A stretch of 62,386 nt of DNA, filler included. It is 15 parts of 15 records of this genome, joined end to end, with 100 filler letters (N's around TTAATTAATTAA, not from the genome) between each part and the next. Parts side by side here need not be neighbours in the genome. Positions count along the whole stretch, not along the records: positions 11,314 to 14,865 come from SRR9188676_1242; positions 14,966 to 19,020 come from SRR9188676_1244; positions 19,121 to 24,280 come from SRR9188676_1246; positions 24,381 to 26,567 come from SRR9188676_1302; positions 26,668 to 31,263 come from SRR9188676_1359; 10 more parts are not named here. The stretch is one strand, 5' to 3'. Position 1 is the first letter of the stretch. Every line of letters begins with the position of its first letter. Shown here piece after piece: positions 14,152-27,025 of this stretch. The translations under genes were made by a program, and so were the position numbers. Under the pieces are notes generated by a model, which worked only from the letters and a program-made list of their open reading frames with translations, searched no databases and had not been told where the DNA came from.

Positions 14152-14821
14152 ATGAAGCGTTATATTCTCCTAGTACTCTGGTGTATGTTATATTTTACTT
14201 CTTCGTATGCCGTTGACGAAACTCTGGTATGAATTTCTGGCTTTCTGTGAAATGTACGCTCATGGTGTCCTCCCAGGCGAATGAATGTTACAAAATATTC
14301 GAAGAATATCGGAAATCTTTAGAATACGGTGACTCCTACTTGGCTTTGTTTGCTGCCTATCCTCCATGTGAGGTTCTTAAGGTCGACTATGGCCGCTATC
14401 TAGTTTTCGCAAACCGCAACAGAGAGGCACAGGCTGTTCTTGAGCCTCTACTTCAGGAAGTCCCTGTGAACTTCTGGTATAGACTTTTTCTCTCTGTTAT
14501 CTTCTTTCAATACTCAGACGATGAACTGATGTCAGGGTGCTGGAAGGGCTCGGTCGAGCTCATGGCGAAATGATGGAGCACGAAATTGCGTCACAGTACT
14601 TCCGTAGGGCTCTTCAGATCTCGAAGATTATTGATATTCCCCTCTGGCGAGCAACTGTGGACTATATTGCCCGAGAGTACCACATGGCAGGCCATCTTGA
14701 GGATGAAAAGGTGCTGTATCGCGAAGCCGTGGCTGATGGCGTCTGGGATAACTTCTTGCAGCGGCCTGGGTCAGAGTATTTCCGTGGAATCCCAACTATG
14801 CCATTCTTTAACTCTTCTGAC
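14152..14821 (+). CDS. Secreted TPR protein, probable aspartyl/asparaginyl beta-hydroxylase family (3' partial)
   Basis: Signal-peptide-like MKRYILLVLWCMLYFTSSYA; TPR segment LEGLGRAHGEMMEHEIASQYFRRALQI; GVWDNFLQRPGSEYFRGIPTMPFF resembles the linker before the ASPH catalytic domain. The catalytic domain itself is not in the contig. Confidence 0.6.
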
Positions 14822-15181
14822 GTAAGCTTTATTCTCTCTCACACACTCACTCACTCACACACACANNNNNNNNNNNNNNNNNNNNNNNNNNNNNNNNNNN
14901 NNNNNNNNNTTAATTAATTAANNNNNNNNNNNNNNNNNNNNNNNNNNNNNNNNNNNNNNNNNNNNGAGAGAGAGAGAGGGAGAGGGAGAGAGAATGCAAT
15001 GGGAAAGTGAGATGCGGAACCACGCATATCAGCATTTCCAGTCCGTGAGTGTGGCCCGTGGATGGCCCGTGGGAGATACGAACCGAGTTTGTGGGGATGG
15101 TGATACAGTGAGATGGGTGATGGTGTCACACAATGGCTAGCGCCTTGATCAGGGAGTCGACAACACGGAAAGAGAGGGTAC

Positions 15182-17748
15182 CTTGTGCTCTTCCTGTTTC
15201 TTGAAGTAAAATGACATCATCTGCTTTTGTGTGTTTTCATCGATGGTAGGCTCACGCACTGGTGCTCCGGCTCCCTTCTGTGCTCGTCAAATCACACATG
15301 TGGACGCACATAACACCACATCAGGGGGCACATCACATCACAGTATACCACATCACAAAGGTCACATCAGTCAACTGAGCAACAGATACGGTGGTCTTAA
15401 GGTGGCTGAAAAAAGAGAGCGCTTGTAAAGAAAAAGATGCGAAAAACTGCAGCGCTTTCTTGCTGGTGGGGAAATGATGCAGTCTTTCACGACGAGTTGA
15501 GTCCGAAACTTGATCGAATACAGGACATGGAGGCTGCGATCAGCCGAGCATGACAGGTCAAAATGAAAAAATGGAGGTCAACTATGTGTGTGTATTCTGA
15601 CCTTTGTCATCTTGATGATAACCTTTGTCTTCTCGTTCTTGCCGAGGTAGTCCCCGAGGGTCTTGTCGTAGGCCAGCGCCTTGTTCGCCCACCACATCTG
15701 CCCCTCATCAGCCATCACCTGCACTCATCACATAGCAATATATAAAGAAAAAACTCTTCATTACCAAAATCATTGGAAAGCAAAATAAATTGCTCAAATC
15801 CTGGCTCATTAACTGGCTCATCAATTGCTGAAATCCTTGGATATGTGGACATCCTTCTATGGTCTATAGTCAATTCGAACAATTTTTCATTTTTAACTTC
15901 TAGAGACCTCCTACTCCTCTGGGTTCCTATTCTCCGATTATTGCTGGATATCCTTGACTCAAATATTCCGTACATCTGGTTGCCAGAATCGGAGGTACAA
16001 GATGCGAGTCGCATGAGCTCTTGAAGCACTCGTCCTAATAATCAATGATAAGCTCCCACTTTTGAACAGTACGAAATCTAGATCAGAAGGTGAAATGATT
16101 TTCGGATAATATCCACAGAGTAGACCCTTGACATAGAAGGTATAAAGCGATCTGGTGTTCCAGTCTGACCGACCTCTTTTCCACGATACATAACAATCGA
16201 AATAATCTCCCAGGAAGAAGGTAAGAAGAGAAAAACAACTAGAATTAGACGACTGAAAAAAGCGGTTGTCGAAAGGACTAGGTCAAAATGCATAGGGAGA
16301 ATTTCCATAGGAGTGTTCGTCTATCTAGCAATCAGGCCTATGGGCTCATCAAGGGAGTAAATGCTGGTTGATCACCCTCGCCCGCCAGTGGTATATATTC
16401 CGGACCGAAGCTCATTATGTCAGAATGGCCGAGCGGTCTAGGCCAGATGATGATGATGATGTCAATTGAGATATACACCAGGACAATCAGGCAAGGATGC
16501 ATATACAGACAACACGCACGTACCCGCTGAACGAGCTGCTGGCGTCCGTTCAGGTCGTAATCTCGAGAGGCATGGGTTATATGTGAATCTGTGAATGACG
16601 AAGCCCCTAATGGGCATAATGTCCAATAGAGATATATAGAGAGATTAATGCATCTACTCTTTATATATATCCCACTGTACCAGAATTTCCCCCTATCGGT
16701 TCACGTGTCCGAGTGTTTCTACTTTTATGTACCTCGAGGGAGGCCTGGCCCTCAAGGGGCTCCTCATCGTCCAGACACATCTTGACGTCATCCCAGTCCG
16801 GCAGCCCCATGGGGTATGCAATCATCACTGCACCGCGGATCAGGTTCAGCTTCTCTTCCAGCATCGCTTTCGTGAGCTTCAAGCCACGCGTGGGCTGGTC
16901 CTGCATATCAATAACAAGTAGAAACATCTCAGAGCGTCAGGGATAATAGAGCACGAAGTACCAGATGCAGGATGTACAATTGTAAATAAAGAAGTTCATC
17001 AAAAAAACTGGGTCGAATATTACCTGCTGAGTCCTAATCTATCGAGTAGAAATGAAAAAGAGGATGCTTTTGTCTCCCAAGTATGCATATATTCCTAGTA
17101 TCAGGCCAGGCGAGGGTATAAAAAGAGGTAGTTGAAAATAGTAAGACCTTCAATTCTATCGATGGAGCTGCTCTATCCCAGTCAAATTGAAATGAAGCGA
17201 TGCTGAGAAGACAGCCGTGGACGATCGATCGACATCGATTCATTCATGATGGATCAATTAACTACCTTGGAGATCAGTTGAATAGCATCGTCAAGTTCGG
17301 CACGAATCTTGTCCTTGTATTGCTCATCCGGGGCTAGAAACAATAAACATTCTGTCAAATGAATTGCATTCGAAAAATGACAGTCTCGCACCTTCTCCAG
17401 TTCTTCTTCCTAAAGGATCTTCTTTGTAGTTGGGTCCTCTGTGTGGCACTTCTACGCCTTCCGCACGGAGGGCCTCGTCTTGGATATGATCGATGCCTTG
17501 ATTTTGGGGATTCTTCATCGGACCATGTTCGCACAGGTCTTTGCAATACTCAGTCAAGCGTTTAATTCTTAGGCGAAGATTGTGAATCTATACATCAAGG
17601 AGAGATCTCGATAAATTAAAGAAAATGGCAAGATGAATCTCGCACAAACCTCGACTAAAGTCTTGGTCAGTTCCCCCACGTTGGTACCACAGGTGGTTTC
17701 ATACAGGAATTGATTTTCTTCAGAACGCTTAACATGAAGGAGGACCAT
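15182..17748 (-). CDS. CFAP298: Cilia- and flagella-associated protein 298 (C21orf59/FBB18), 6 exons, 3' partial
   Basis: MVLLHVKRSEENQFLYETT|...DPLGRRTG|...IRGAVMIAYPMGLPDWD|...MWWANKALAYDKTLGDYLGKNEKTKVIIKMTK|KGAGAPVREPTIDENTQKQMMSFYFKKQEEHK. Confidence 0.96.
16419..16682 (+). pseudogene. Fragmented tRNA-Leu(CAG)-like sequence in three collinear pieces within a CFAP298 intron
   Basis: GTCAGAATGGCCGAGCGGTCTAGGC (16419-16443), GGCGTCCGTTCAGGTCGTAATCTCGAGAGGCATGGGTT (16541-16578) and ATCCCACT (16669-16676) match the eukaryotic tRNA-Leu(CAG) consensus in order. Stems are imperfect. Confidence 0.6.
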
Positions 17749-18059
17749 TTATGACGTGCGCAATCGGGAAAGTAGGACAATGAAAGAGTTCTAATGGATG
17801 CCGAGAACGAGAGGCTTATTTCGGAAAGTTGATTTTTTCTTTTTCTACCGAAACCGTTTGAAATGGAAAGATTCGAACTTTCGAATTGTGTCGCGCCTGC
17901 TTCATGCCTGCGTGATGCGAAAGTCGTGCATTTGTCGTGCTCACGTCATGCCGATGGTATGCATCAGGGAAGACGTGAACACGGGGGAGGGTTACCTGGG
18001 GTCAGGGATGGCAGTGTGAACTCTCACACTTGTCTGATTTGCGCATTTCTCTCGTAGAA

Positions 18060-18847
18060 ATGAATGCGCATGTGGTCCAAGTTCAGCATAGTGCAGAGCA
18101 TGTTCGAAATATATGTATTCTTGCTCATGTAGATCACGGTATCATGCTATTTTTGCTCCAACATCCCACATTCTTACCTCGAAATGGCCAGGGAAGACCT
18201 CGCTGTCGGACTCGCTGATTGCATCAAATGGAATCGTATCACAAAGGCTAGCTGGAAAGGTGATCAAAACACTCAAGTTTCTTGAACTCCATTGCATTAA
18301 AATAAGGTTCCTCAACTCCTTGCTTTCAGATCCGATACCTTGATAGTCGAGAGGATGAGCAGCAACGTGGTATTACAATGAAATCATCATCGATCTCGCT
18401 TTTATACAAGGTATTGCGTCTAAATACATATATCTCTCAACATGAAGGAACTTACATCGTATATATCTCCCTTTAGGGCTCTGAAGAACATCTGCATCTG
18501 ATCAATCTGATCGACTCTCCTGGCCACGTGGTATGTCTTTCACCTGTTTATTCTGACATCACATTCGATTAAATGGTGTTGTTTGCGAAGGATTTTTCCT
18601 CGGAGGTTTCTACAGCAGTCCGACTGAGCGATGGTGCGTTGGTAGTGGTGGATGTAGTGGAAGGCGTTTGCACACAGGTATGTCCCATCACACATTTCTT
18701 TTAAGCTATTACTTGAACTCTTATAGATTACAATCTATTTTCAGAGTTCTAAGATTCTCTTCCTCTTTGTTTTTGCTTTTGTAGACGCATACTGTCCTTC
18801 GCCAGGCATGGGAAGAGGGTATCAAACCTGCTTTGGTTCTCAACAAG
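18060..18847 (+). CDS. EFL1: Elongation factor-like GTPase 1 (Ria1), first 6 exons, 3' partial
   Basis: [59 protein letters not shown]|...[49 protein letters not shown]. Residues are EFL1-type rather than EF2-type. Confidence 0.95.
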
Positions 18848-19532
18848 GTAATTCTAGACTGCCCCCCCTCTCTCACACATACACGCACGCACACACACTA
18901 CACACACGATCGTTCGTATTTCCCATACAATCGAGAGAAATTCGGGGAATGATGTATATTTATTGGTCTAATGACAACCTTGGGGTCATTCACAAATACG
19001 TAAGCAGGGAGAGGGGGGGGNNNNNNNNNNNNNNNNNNNNNNNNNNNNNNNNNNNNNNNNNNNNTTAATTAATTAANNNNNNNNNNNNNNNNNNNNNNNN
19101 NNNNNNNNNNNNNNNNNNNNGTGTCCTAATACAAGCCATCTCTAACTCAATACTGAAAAAAAGAAATACGTTAAGCCCCTTTTGAATTGACGCTGCCATT
19201 TTCCATTTCAATATCTCCCCAAAATACAACAGGTTGTTGATCTAGGGCAAATAGATAATCGACACCACACTCGATTTGTAAGAGGTTTTCTTGTTTGGCG
19301 CTGAAAGTCGAGAAATATAGATGAGTTGATAGTTGGTCAGAGGGAAGGTCCGTCTCGACAGCATAAACGGAAACCGCGGTGAAAGTCATTGTAAAGAAAT
19401 TTAGAACAGAATTTCGGGACCGTGCTTGAGCAGAGTAGCCAGTCGGAAAGGACTAATGAATTCCCAGGTGATCTTCTAAAATTCTCTCAGCCATCACGTG
19501 TTTTGTTTGGATGAACAAATAATGCGACGTAC

Positions 19533-20583
19533 CAACATATTCATCATAGAACGACTGCAGGCTCTCCACTTCATGACCTGGCGATCGAAAGAGAAAACAA
19601 GCAACAATCACAGTCAGCTTGGCTTCTTGAATTCCTCCCTACCCCCCCCCAAATGACAGCACCTTTCTCAAGCATGACCATCGAAATGAAGACTCGAAGG
19701 TTATGAGTGACAGGAGATGTGGCACCAGTCGCGGCAGCAGCCTGTTTTGGGATCATTTTCAGTGCAACACGGCCGGCCCATCCTCGACTGCATTCAAATG
19801 CAGGGCCTCTGCTGCCTGGTCTCTTGGTATCTCTTTCAGTACTCCCCCCGGCTTTCTTGTCCTTGTCCTGTCTGCTAGAATCTGCTGCATTCGCCTCTGT
19901 GGTTGCATTATTATCATCTTCAGCAGTATCCTCTACAGTAGAGGTATCGACTTTTTCTTTCCCTTTCTTGGATTTGCTCGATTTGCTTGTGGATGTATTC
20001 AATTCTGATTCGGCATTATCGGGTGAGCTACGAGGCAGATATTCAGCAAGATCAATCGAGATTGTAGCAAGGTCTTCCTTTGGCTTCGTTGCCTATATGT
20101 AACTTATGTGAGAAATTCGGATCGGTGGGTTGGAAAGATATAGCGGAAACATGAAACCTACATCCTTCAAGGCGAGATCGAGAACTTTTGGCTTATATTC
20201 TCCAGTTCGTGAATCTTTCACAAATGCACATCGTTCCACCAGAGAAGCTTGAGCAAAATCAGCTTTCCCCTGAGAAGACATTGATGTTGCGTATATTGCA
20301 AAAAGTTTGTGATGCATACCTTATTTGAATTCACAAATACCCACGGCGTGATTGGTCCCTTTCCGGACTTTTTCACCCATTGGATTGCAACATTTGCTCT
20401 GGAGAATTCACAGCTGCTTAATAAGGAAAATAATCACAAAGAAAGGCGACCTTACCCTCCCTCGAGTCCATCGATCTCATATATACGAAGCCGAACAAGA
20501 AACTGAGAAATTTGTGAGATACTGGGCTAAAGTCAAATCCGTTTGAGGATACCAACCTCCTGAGATACTTCGGAGAAAAGCAT
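19533..20583 (-). CDS. NT-type C2 domain protein (EEIG1/EHBP1-like), 3' partial
   Basis: Spliced: MLFSEVSQE|FLVRLRIYEIDGLEGG|ANVAIQWVKKSGKG...|GKADF...KDSRTGEYKPKVLDLALKD|ATKPKEDLATISIDLAEY. The IDLAEY motif is typical of NT-C2. Confidence 0.75.
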
Positions 20584-20989
20584 TAACACGACCACGCATC
20601 CACCTCCTCAGCGCGATGTTTTTTTTTTTTGAAGCCAGACTAATTTCGATTGTTTTACCCCCCATATTAGCAACTTTTCTATCCAGAAATCTACACTGAT
20701 AAGATCTTAACTTCTGAATTCATCAATCAGTCCAACGATGACCGCGAAAGCTGATGCCGTGGCAGGCAGAGGTCGTTTCGTTTGCGTATTTATTCTCATT
20801 TTCCCAGACAATTTCAATATTTCTGAGATGACTTATTGTCCTTGCTTTATAATTGGACTAATATACTAAAACCATCATTTCCCCATCTTAATTGTGGATT
20901 TGGAGTGATTCCATCTCATCGCAACAATCGCAAGAGCATCGGTGGCAGTGTATCATCACTTCATTTCAGCTCATTCGAATAAATCGAAC

Positions 20990-23900
20990 AAATTTTAAGG
21001 GGTTGACCACATATGCCCTGCAGAACAGCACCTCAAGCCACAACATCGCATCCTCCCACCGCATCTTCACGCATCTGCATCCCGCCGGCGTCCGCATCAA
21101 ATCTCACAGAGAGAAGAATTTAATAATCGAGAAAGGGGGATACTAAATACGTATTGAAATGATTTTAGAAGGGAAGCTCAGGAGAATGTGTGGTACAGAA
21201 TGTAAACAAAGGAATGTTACTTGTTAAAAAAAAGTGCGAATGGAAAAAAGCACTTTCGATTCATGAATGTGCATGAATGTGTTCATGGGAAAAATTTAAC
21301 TGATAAATGTGAGACCTGAGAGTATTAGGGAGCTGAAGTATATGCTGATCTGTTCAATTAGACGGGGAGAGACAAGTAGGTAAAAATCTCGGTAGCTGTA
21401 TATTATGTATGTTACTATGTTGGAGGGTATGTAAATTCAAGTTGATACGGGCGGGGTAGAGAGATCTGATGATAGGATGCACTTTCTTTCTTCTTTTTTC
21501 TTCTTCTGATAATTAGTCTGAATATTTGACGACCTATCCATCTTGTTGGGATCATATGCTGAGATGATCCTCTCGGCGGAACAGCGACCCCAAATCAAGT
21601 TACAAGTTAGTTCGTACAGGGGAATGGGGCATACGAATTGATGGGTAGCGTGGATGGCTATATCGTCTGATTGAGTGTATGTTTGTGTTCATGTGTATGT
21701 ATGTATGTGTAGGTGTGCATGTGTGAGGTTGGTTTATACATTATTGAGAGAAAAACAGTCAAGTTCTCGTTCTGGAACATGAGGCCGGAAGAAAATGTCG
21801 TATGTATACATGTATGTCTGTCTGTTCGATGTGAGTGTGTGAGGCTGAGAAAGGAAGGAATCGCGATCTCGAACCACGATCCAGGCGATCATCTTGGTCG
21901 AACAAAAATATCTGAGGACTGCTTCACACGCATATATTCAGCGAGGGAGCGCTCGAGATCGCGGCCGGTCACATGACTCAGGCTCTGCTCATACAGCGCT
22001 ACGGGGTGCGCATCCTGAACAGCCATGGGGATGGCAAGGGTGTCACACATTGCATGTGTCTGCTGCTGGTACTCCCCGAGAAAGTCTGTGAGCGCCTCCT
22101 CCACCGCAACGCGGGTGCATTCTCTGTCACGAAAAAATCAGATGAAGAAAGAAGAAGAGCCACGTATGAACACCTCAATACGACAAATGAATAGGATCGA
22201 AGGAATCAGATCTTAGTGCATCTGAGGTATCTCACCACGCTGAATTTTTTCACAATTTAGAAGATAATGATGGATGCAATTCCGGTTCCAAGGTAAATCA
22301 AATGAGACGGACGAAAGTTATGATTGATGTTTTACTATTCTGAAACTCAGTCGGTTACGAAAGTGAGAAGACGTGCTTCTCAGACCCCCATCTGATATTC
22401 CCGTCGACTCTCCTTCCGGCACATTTCACCAAGACACATTTCTTCGTTCCCCTTTCTCTACAAATCATCATGCCTCATTCTTTCATTAATCCAGAGTTCC
22501 CCGTGAAAGTAGGACTCCAAGGCTTCAGGGTCTTCCTGCACTTTATATAAGTTTGTTGTTCACAGACCATGTACAAGAAGTGAGGGTCCACTGTATCGGA
22601 GCCTTCCTGCTGAGGCTGAAGCCCTCTGATAGAAGGTGTGACCACTTTGAATTCCTCGCCAAGTTTAGTGTGAGTCCAGTATCCGAACTATGGTTTGTGT
22701 GAAAGCTCGAGGTAAAATGAGATTTCGAGGTGAGGAGGGGTTGAAGGGAGTCTCATCGAGGTGGGTAATATGATGTGAATGTGATGGCAATCTGCTAGGG
22801 TATTGATTAGAAGAACGATGAGAGGAGAAGTGAAAGCTACAATGAAAAAAGAAGAGCTCAAGAAGAGGGAGAAAAGCCGGATGCGGAGTGTCAACTGGCT
22901 CATAGGAACGGAAGCAAGATGAAGAAAGGATAGAGAGAATACGATGATGAAGGTGGGATAGCAGGTTAGTAGTGAACTGGATAATTCAGCCGGTTGTTTA
23001 TGAGAATGATGGATTGAGCTTAGTTGTTTATGAAAATGATGGATTTGAAAATGTGATTTGATTTGCCGACCCAGTATCAGGCCAGTCTCAGACAAAAAAA
23101 GGATGCGAAGAGAAACGATTCAGTTGGAGTGACGTACTCCGGAAGAGCGATGCCCACACGTGCGAGGAACTTGCACAGCACCTGCAGCCCTCCTGACGAC
23201 CCGCTGCTCTCGTCCCTGGTCATCATAGCATCATCATCATCATCATCAGTATCAACATAAGCGTTTTCACCATATCAACTATCTTGAAATACGATTATTT
23301 TTAGGTAAAAACAAAAAATAAGGTAGCAAAGTGATAGATATCAGATAAAAACCATTTTTCTCCATTAATATTAACCAAAACAATTCATATTTACCAGTTG
23401 AAATTCCTAGGATGCTGGATACACTCGAGATCGAATTCATATCAGCCAAAAGGCATTCACGAATCTCTCCCTGAAGGCCGAGGATCAAATGCACACAGCT
23501 CATTTGACAGGAATTGAGAAGGAAAATGATTTTAAAAAACAAGTAAAGTGACTTTTTGAGCTCATGCGGGAAATTATTTGCGAAGGAAATTCACGTGACA
23601 CTTACGGGTGCTTGTGCAGCACGTCGAGGAGTCTTGAGAGGTATACGACAAACTTGACTCGAATCTAACAGTGAGATAGAAAAAAATTAAAAATAGAGAG
23701 AGTGATTGTGAGTGTGAGTGTGTGTGTGCGTGTGAGAGAGACTTGTAGAAATGAGGTGAGGAATGCCTAAAATTACATACCAGAGAAGTAAAATTAAAAA
23801 GATGAATTATTTATTTGCTGCTGCATATGGAGGATATCAACAAATAAAACGACGACCATAATATGCGTCCAATGAAGCTGATTGAAATCGACACCGAATG

Positions 23901-24225
23901 AGGAAAATAAAAAGATAGAGGAAGACGGATGATTGGCGTCATCGGTATCGAGCAGAACTCATCTGAATACATGGATTCGAACCTGGATTTCTTCAGGCAA
24001 CAAAGACCCAGGATTAAAATCAGAATATTTGCCAGTATCGCTCGCGCTCTCATCAGCATCATCATTCGTGTGATAGTCATCGTCATGTGTAAGTTCATCG
24101 TTGCTGTCTTGGTCATGATCTGCACACACGAGAGATAGAGTAAGAATGTTGACATCAGGATGTCAGCATACATACCAATCCGTATAGATGACGAGCTCAT
24201 GAGTTGGCCGGACGACATGGAATTG
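20990..24225 (-). CDS. Hypothetical multi-exon protein with acidic segment (5' partial; exon chain uncertain)
   Basis: GT-AG-bounded coding-like exons: DHDQDSNDEL...PEEIQ|GEIRECLLADMNSISSVSSILGIST; VLCKFLARVGIALPE; EEALTDFLGEYQQQTHAMCDTLAIP. No family recognised. Confidence 0.45.
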
Positions 24226-24643
24226 ACATTCTGCGAAGCTTATCCTCATTAAGTGTATGTATGTATGTATGTATGTATGTNNNNNNNNNNNNNNNNNNNN
24301 NNNNNNNNNNNNNNNNNNNNNNNNTTAATTAATTAANNNNNNNNNNNNNNNNNNNNNNNNNNNNNNNNNNNNNNNNNNNNGCTGATGTGACGAGATCCAG
24401 ATCCCATGGAGATCTAATGATAGATCTGATCCACAACCCAAAACAGTTTAGTTATTGTCGGGGGTGGACAGCCACAAAGGTTTTGATTTTTGTGAAGCTC
24501 TTTTTGCTTTGGCATTTCTTCCCGTTCTTCAACTTTCACTTCTCTTTCTTTTCGCTTTTGCTTTCTTTTGAAAAACAACGACATCTTCTTTTTATTCCTT
24601 CTTCTTCTTCTCATGCCTTTAATGACTGGCTAAAATTGTTCAT

Positions 24644-26272
24644 ATGGATGATTCATACTCCGGTGTTGACTTAGACTCGAATTCTTCCAATACATCCTAC
24701 TACTCTTCAGATATAAAACAGGACTCTGGCATCACCCAGCCGTGTCTTTCTTCACAGACTCTTAATCAACTCAAACTTGCTGGAGTGAAACGCGGTCCAC
24801 ATGTATACTTTCACATCGATAAAAAAGGACAAACGTAAGTCATTCATTTGGTTTCGCAAAAAGCGGATTCTAAGTCTATTGTATTAGATGTACTCCATAC
24901 TATCGTGTCAAGGTTTGTTCATTTTTGCTGTTTTCCTCGAGAACGAAGGGTCTCAGGGTTTTTCACAGTTTGTGTTAGAAAACGGAAGAAAAAGAGAAAG
25001 AGCATTCCGATGTGACAAGCGCGGCCGGGGTGACGTAGACGCTAAAGCGAGGGCCCTGGCATTTATTAATAGGTAATCTGACCACTGCACCAGAGTCAAC
25101 TCCAACCACATGACTGATTGACCTGAGGTTTACAATGCTGTTGCATATCGTCTTTGATGAATCTTTTTCTCTTTTTTTCCGCGTTTGATATCTGAATATA
25201 TTTAGCGTCCTTTTCGACTTGTCCAAAATCAGAACTCTTTTCTTCGCCCTCTCGTCACTCACACATGATCAACATGTCTCATCCACAGTCCGTTTTTTCA
25301 ACAATGGCTATTTGCTGAACCGGCCAGTCGAAAAAGCACAACATCTATCGCTAGAAAGAAAACGCTACCCACTGTGGTGAAACCTCTTGGCAAAGTGCGG
25401 AGTCCAAGTCATGACTCGCTCGAACTTATCCCCACCGCAATGCCTGTACAGGTATCTCATCCTTACTGTCGTCACACCCGTTTCTAACGATTCTGTTCTT
25501 ATAGTCGCAAATGTTGGCAGTGCCTTCAGCATACAATCCAGTTGGCCTTGGAATCGGGCAAACATTATCCCAACCACACCCTCATCTCTCTCAGACTCAG
25601 TCATACGCACACACAGCACTTTTACACGGACATTCAAATTCAATTCAACTTCATTCGCAGCTTAGCGCGAGTTCAAAACCACAGCCCATCACAGCACCAG
25701 TGACTGTGACCGGCACTCCAGGCGGGGATCGAACCCCACATACGCAGCCTGCACTCCCACAACGACCACAGCCATCAGTGCCATCACCTCGAGTACCGCA
25801 ATCTGATACAACCTACCCGTTCGTGAATCATTTTCCGATAAGCATGCACAGTATCTAATGGTCCTGCTCTTGTCTCCTCACAGGGAGTTCCATACACTGG
25901 ATTCGTTTTCAAATATTATATTACTATTTCCCTCAAGTTCAGAGGTATTTCTCTTTTCTCTCCCTCTCGATCGTGACTAATATCAGACACAAAGGGCCCT
26001 GTGCGAGTCAATCGTGCGGCAACAGACCAACCCGCATCTCCATCCGCTTCCCCAAATCTTGACCTACTAGCCGCATTGGTGTGTTCTCCATCAATAAATG
26101 CTGAAGGAGCGAAGGTAATGCCACTTGAATCAAATTCGATAAATTCTCATTACTGATCACACAGGTTGTACAAGGTTACGCGAATCCCGAACCGTCCCCC
26201 ATCACGCACCCTCTTGTTGAGGAAGGCAGAGATACCGAACCAGCCCGTTCTCCCCCGTCGCTTATCCTGTAG
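24644..26272 (+). CDS. Putative AP2-domain (ApiAP2-like) transcription factor
   Basis: Three exons splice to GVKRGPHVYFHIDKKGQT|CTPYYRVK|FVLENGRKRERAFRCDKRGRGDVDAKARALAFINS, followed by S/P/Q-rich exons and TAG at 26270-26272. Confidence 0.6.
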
Positions 26273-27025
26273 TTCCACCACTCGACGTTTCGCCTACATT
26301 ATCACTGAAATTGTTCGATAGAACACTGTATTGTATTATTAGTAAAACTCATAACTTCTATTGCAGTCCATGGTACTCCTGTTACTCCTGATTTTACATT
26401 TGATGATTTTACATTTGATGAATCAGCTTTTGTGAATAGAGTTGTTTTATTTTTGGGCAATAGAAGAATTGGAAACTGGAGGAGAAAAAAAAAAAATCCA
26501 CGGAACCCTTCTCCCGCTGGAAAAAATTCTTACTCCTGGGCTACATCACTCCTAAAAAGCTGTACGGNNNNNNNNNNNNNNNNNNNNNNNNNNNNNNNNN
26601 NNNNNNNNNNNTTAATTAATTAANNNNNNNNNNNNNNNNNNNNNNNNNNNNNNNNNNNNNNNNNNNNTTTTTTTTTTTTTTTTTTTTGCTTTGTTTTGTT
26701 CCATTTCGACTTCGTGTGAGTTTGTGTCTATGAAGAGCACACAGCTCTACACGACGATATTTCCTTTTGTCTGTATAAAAACAGCGATATTAAATATTAT
26801 GATCAGGATAACATCGATTTGTATGTGTGTCATTGTCATGTACCAGCCGTCACAGACTTCAGGACCCAACATGTACAAATAGAGTGTGATATAAAGGTAT
26901 GCGCACATGTACCTGAGCAACGAGGAGCAAGCAGTGGGATGGTTGAACGGGGAAAAATAAAAGTTGCAGAATGAAAATTATTTGGTCAACTGCGGTAAGG
27001 TAACTGTTGCAGTTCTTGTTCTTGA

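Noticed and set aside
14830-14995. Microsatellites at contig ends ((CA)n, (GA)n; also (TATG)n at 24255 and (ATGGT)n at 11318)
   Set aside because: Ordinary simple repeats that explain assembly breaks. They are not telomeric or CRISPR-like, and no repeat-spacer array was seen anywhere.
20543-20550. U12-like donor GTATCCTC in the NT-C2 gene
   Set aside because: The in-phase donor is GTTGGT four nt upstream, and there is no U12 branch consensus.
23275-23277. In-frame TGA (selenocysteine or readthrough) in a possible exon of the 20990-24225 gene
   Set aside because: A downstream acceptor (TCGTCAG) restores the frame without the TGA. The (GAT)n tract may be intronic, and there is no selenoprotein motif.
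25721-25741. tRNA T-arm-like hairpin (rc GGGGTTCGATCCCC)
   Set aside because: It lies within a coding exon with no D-arm or anticodon arm.
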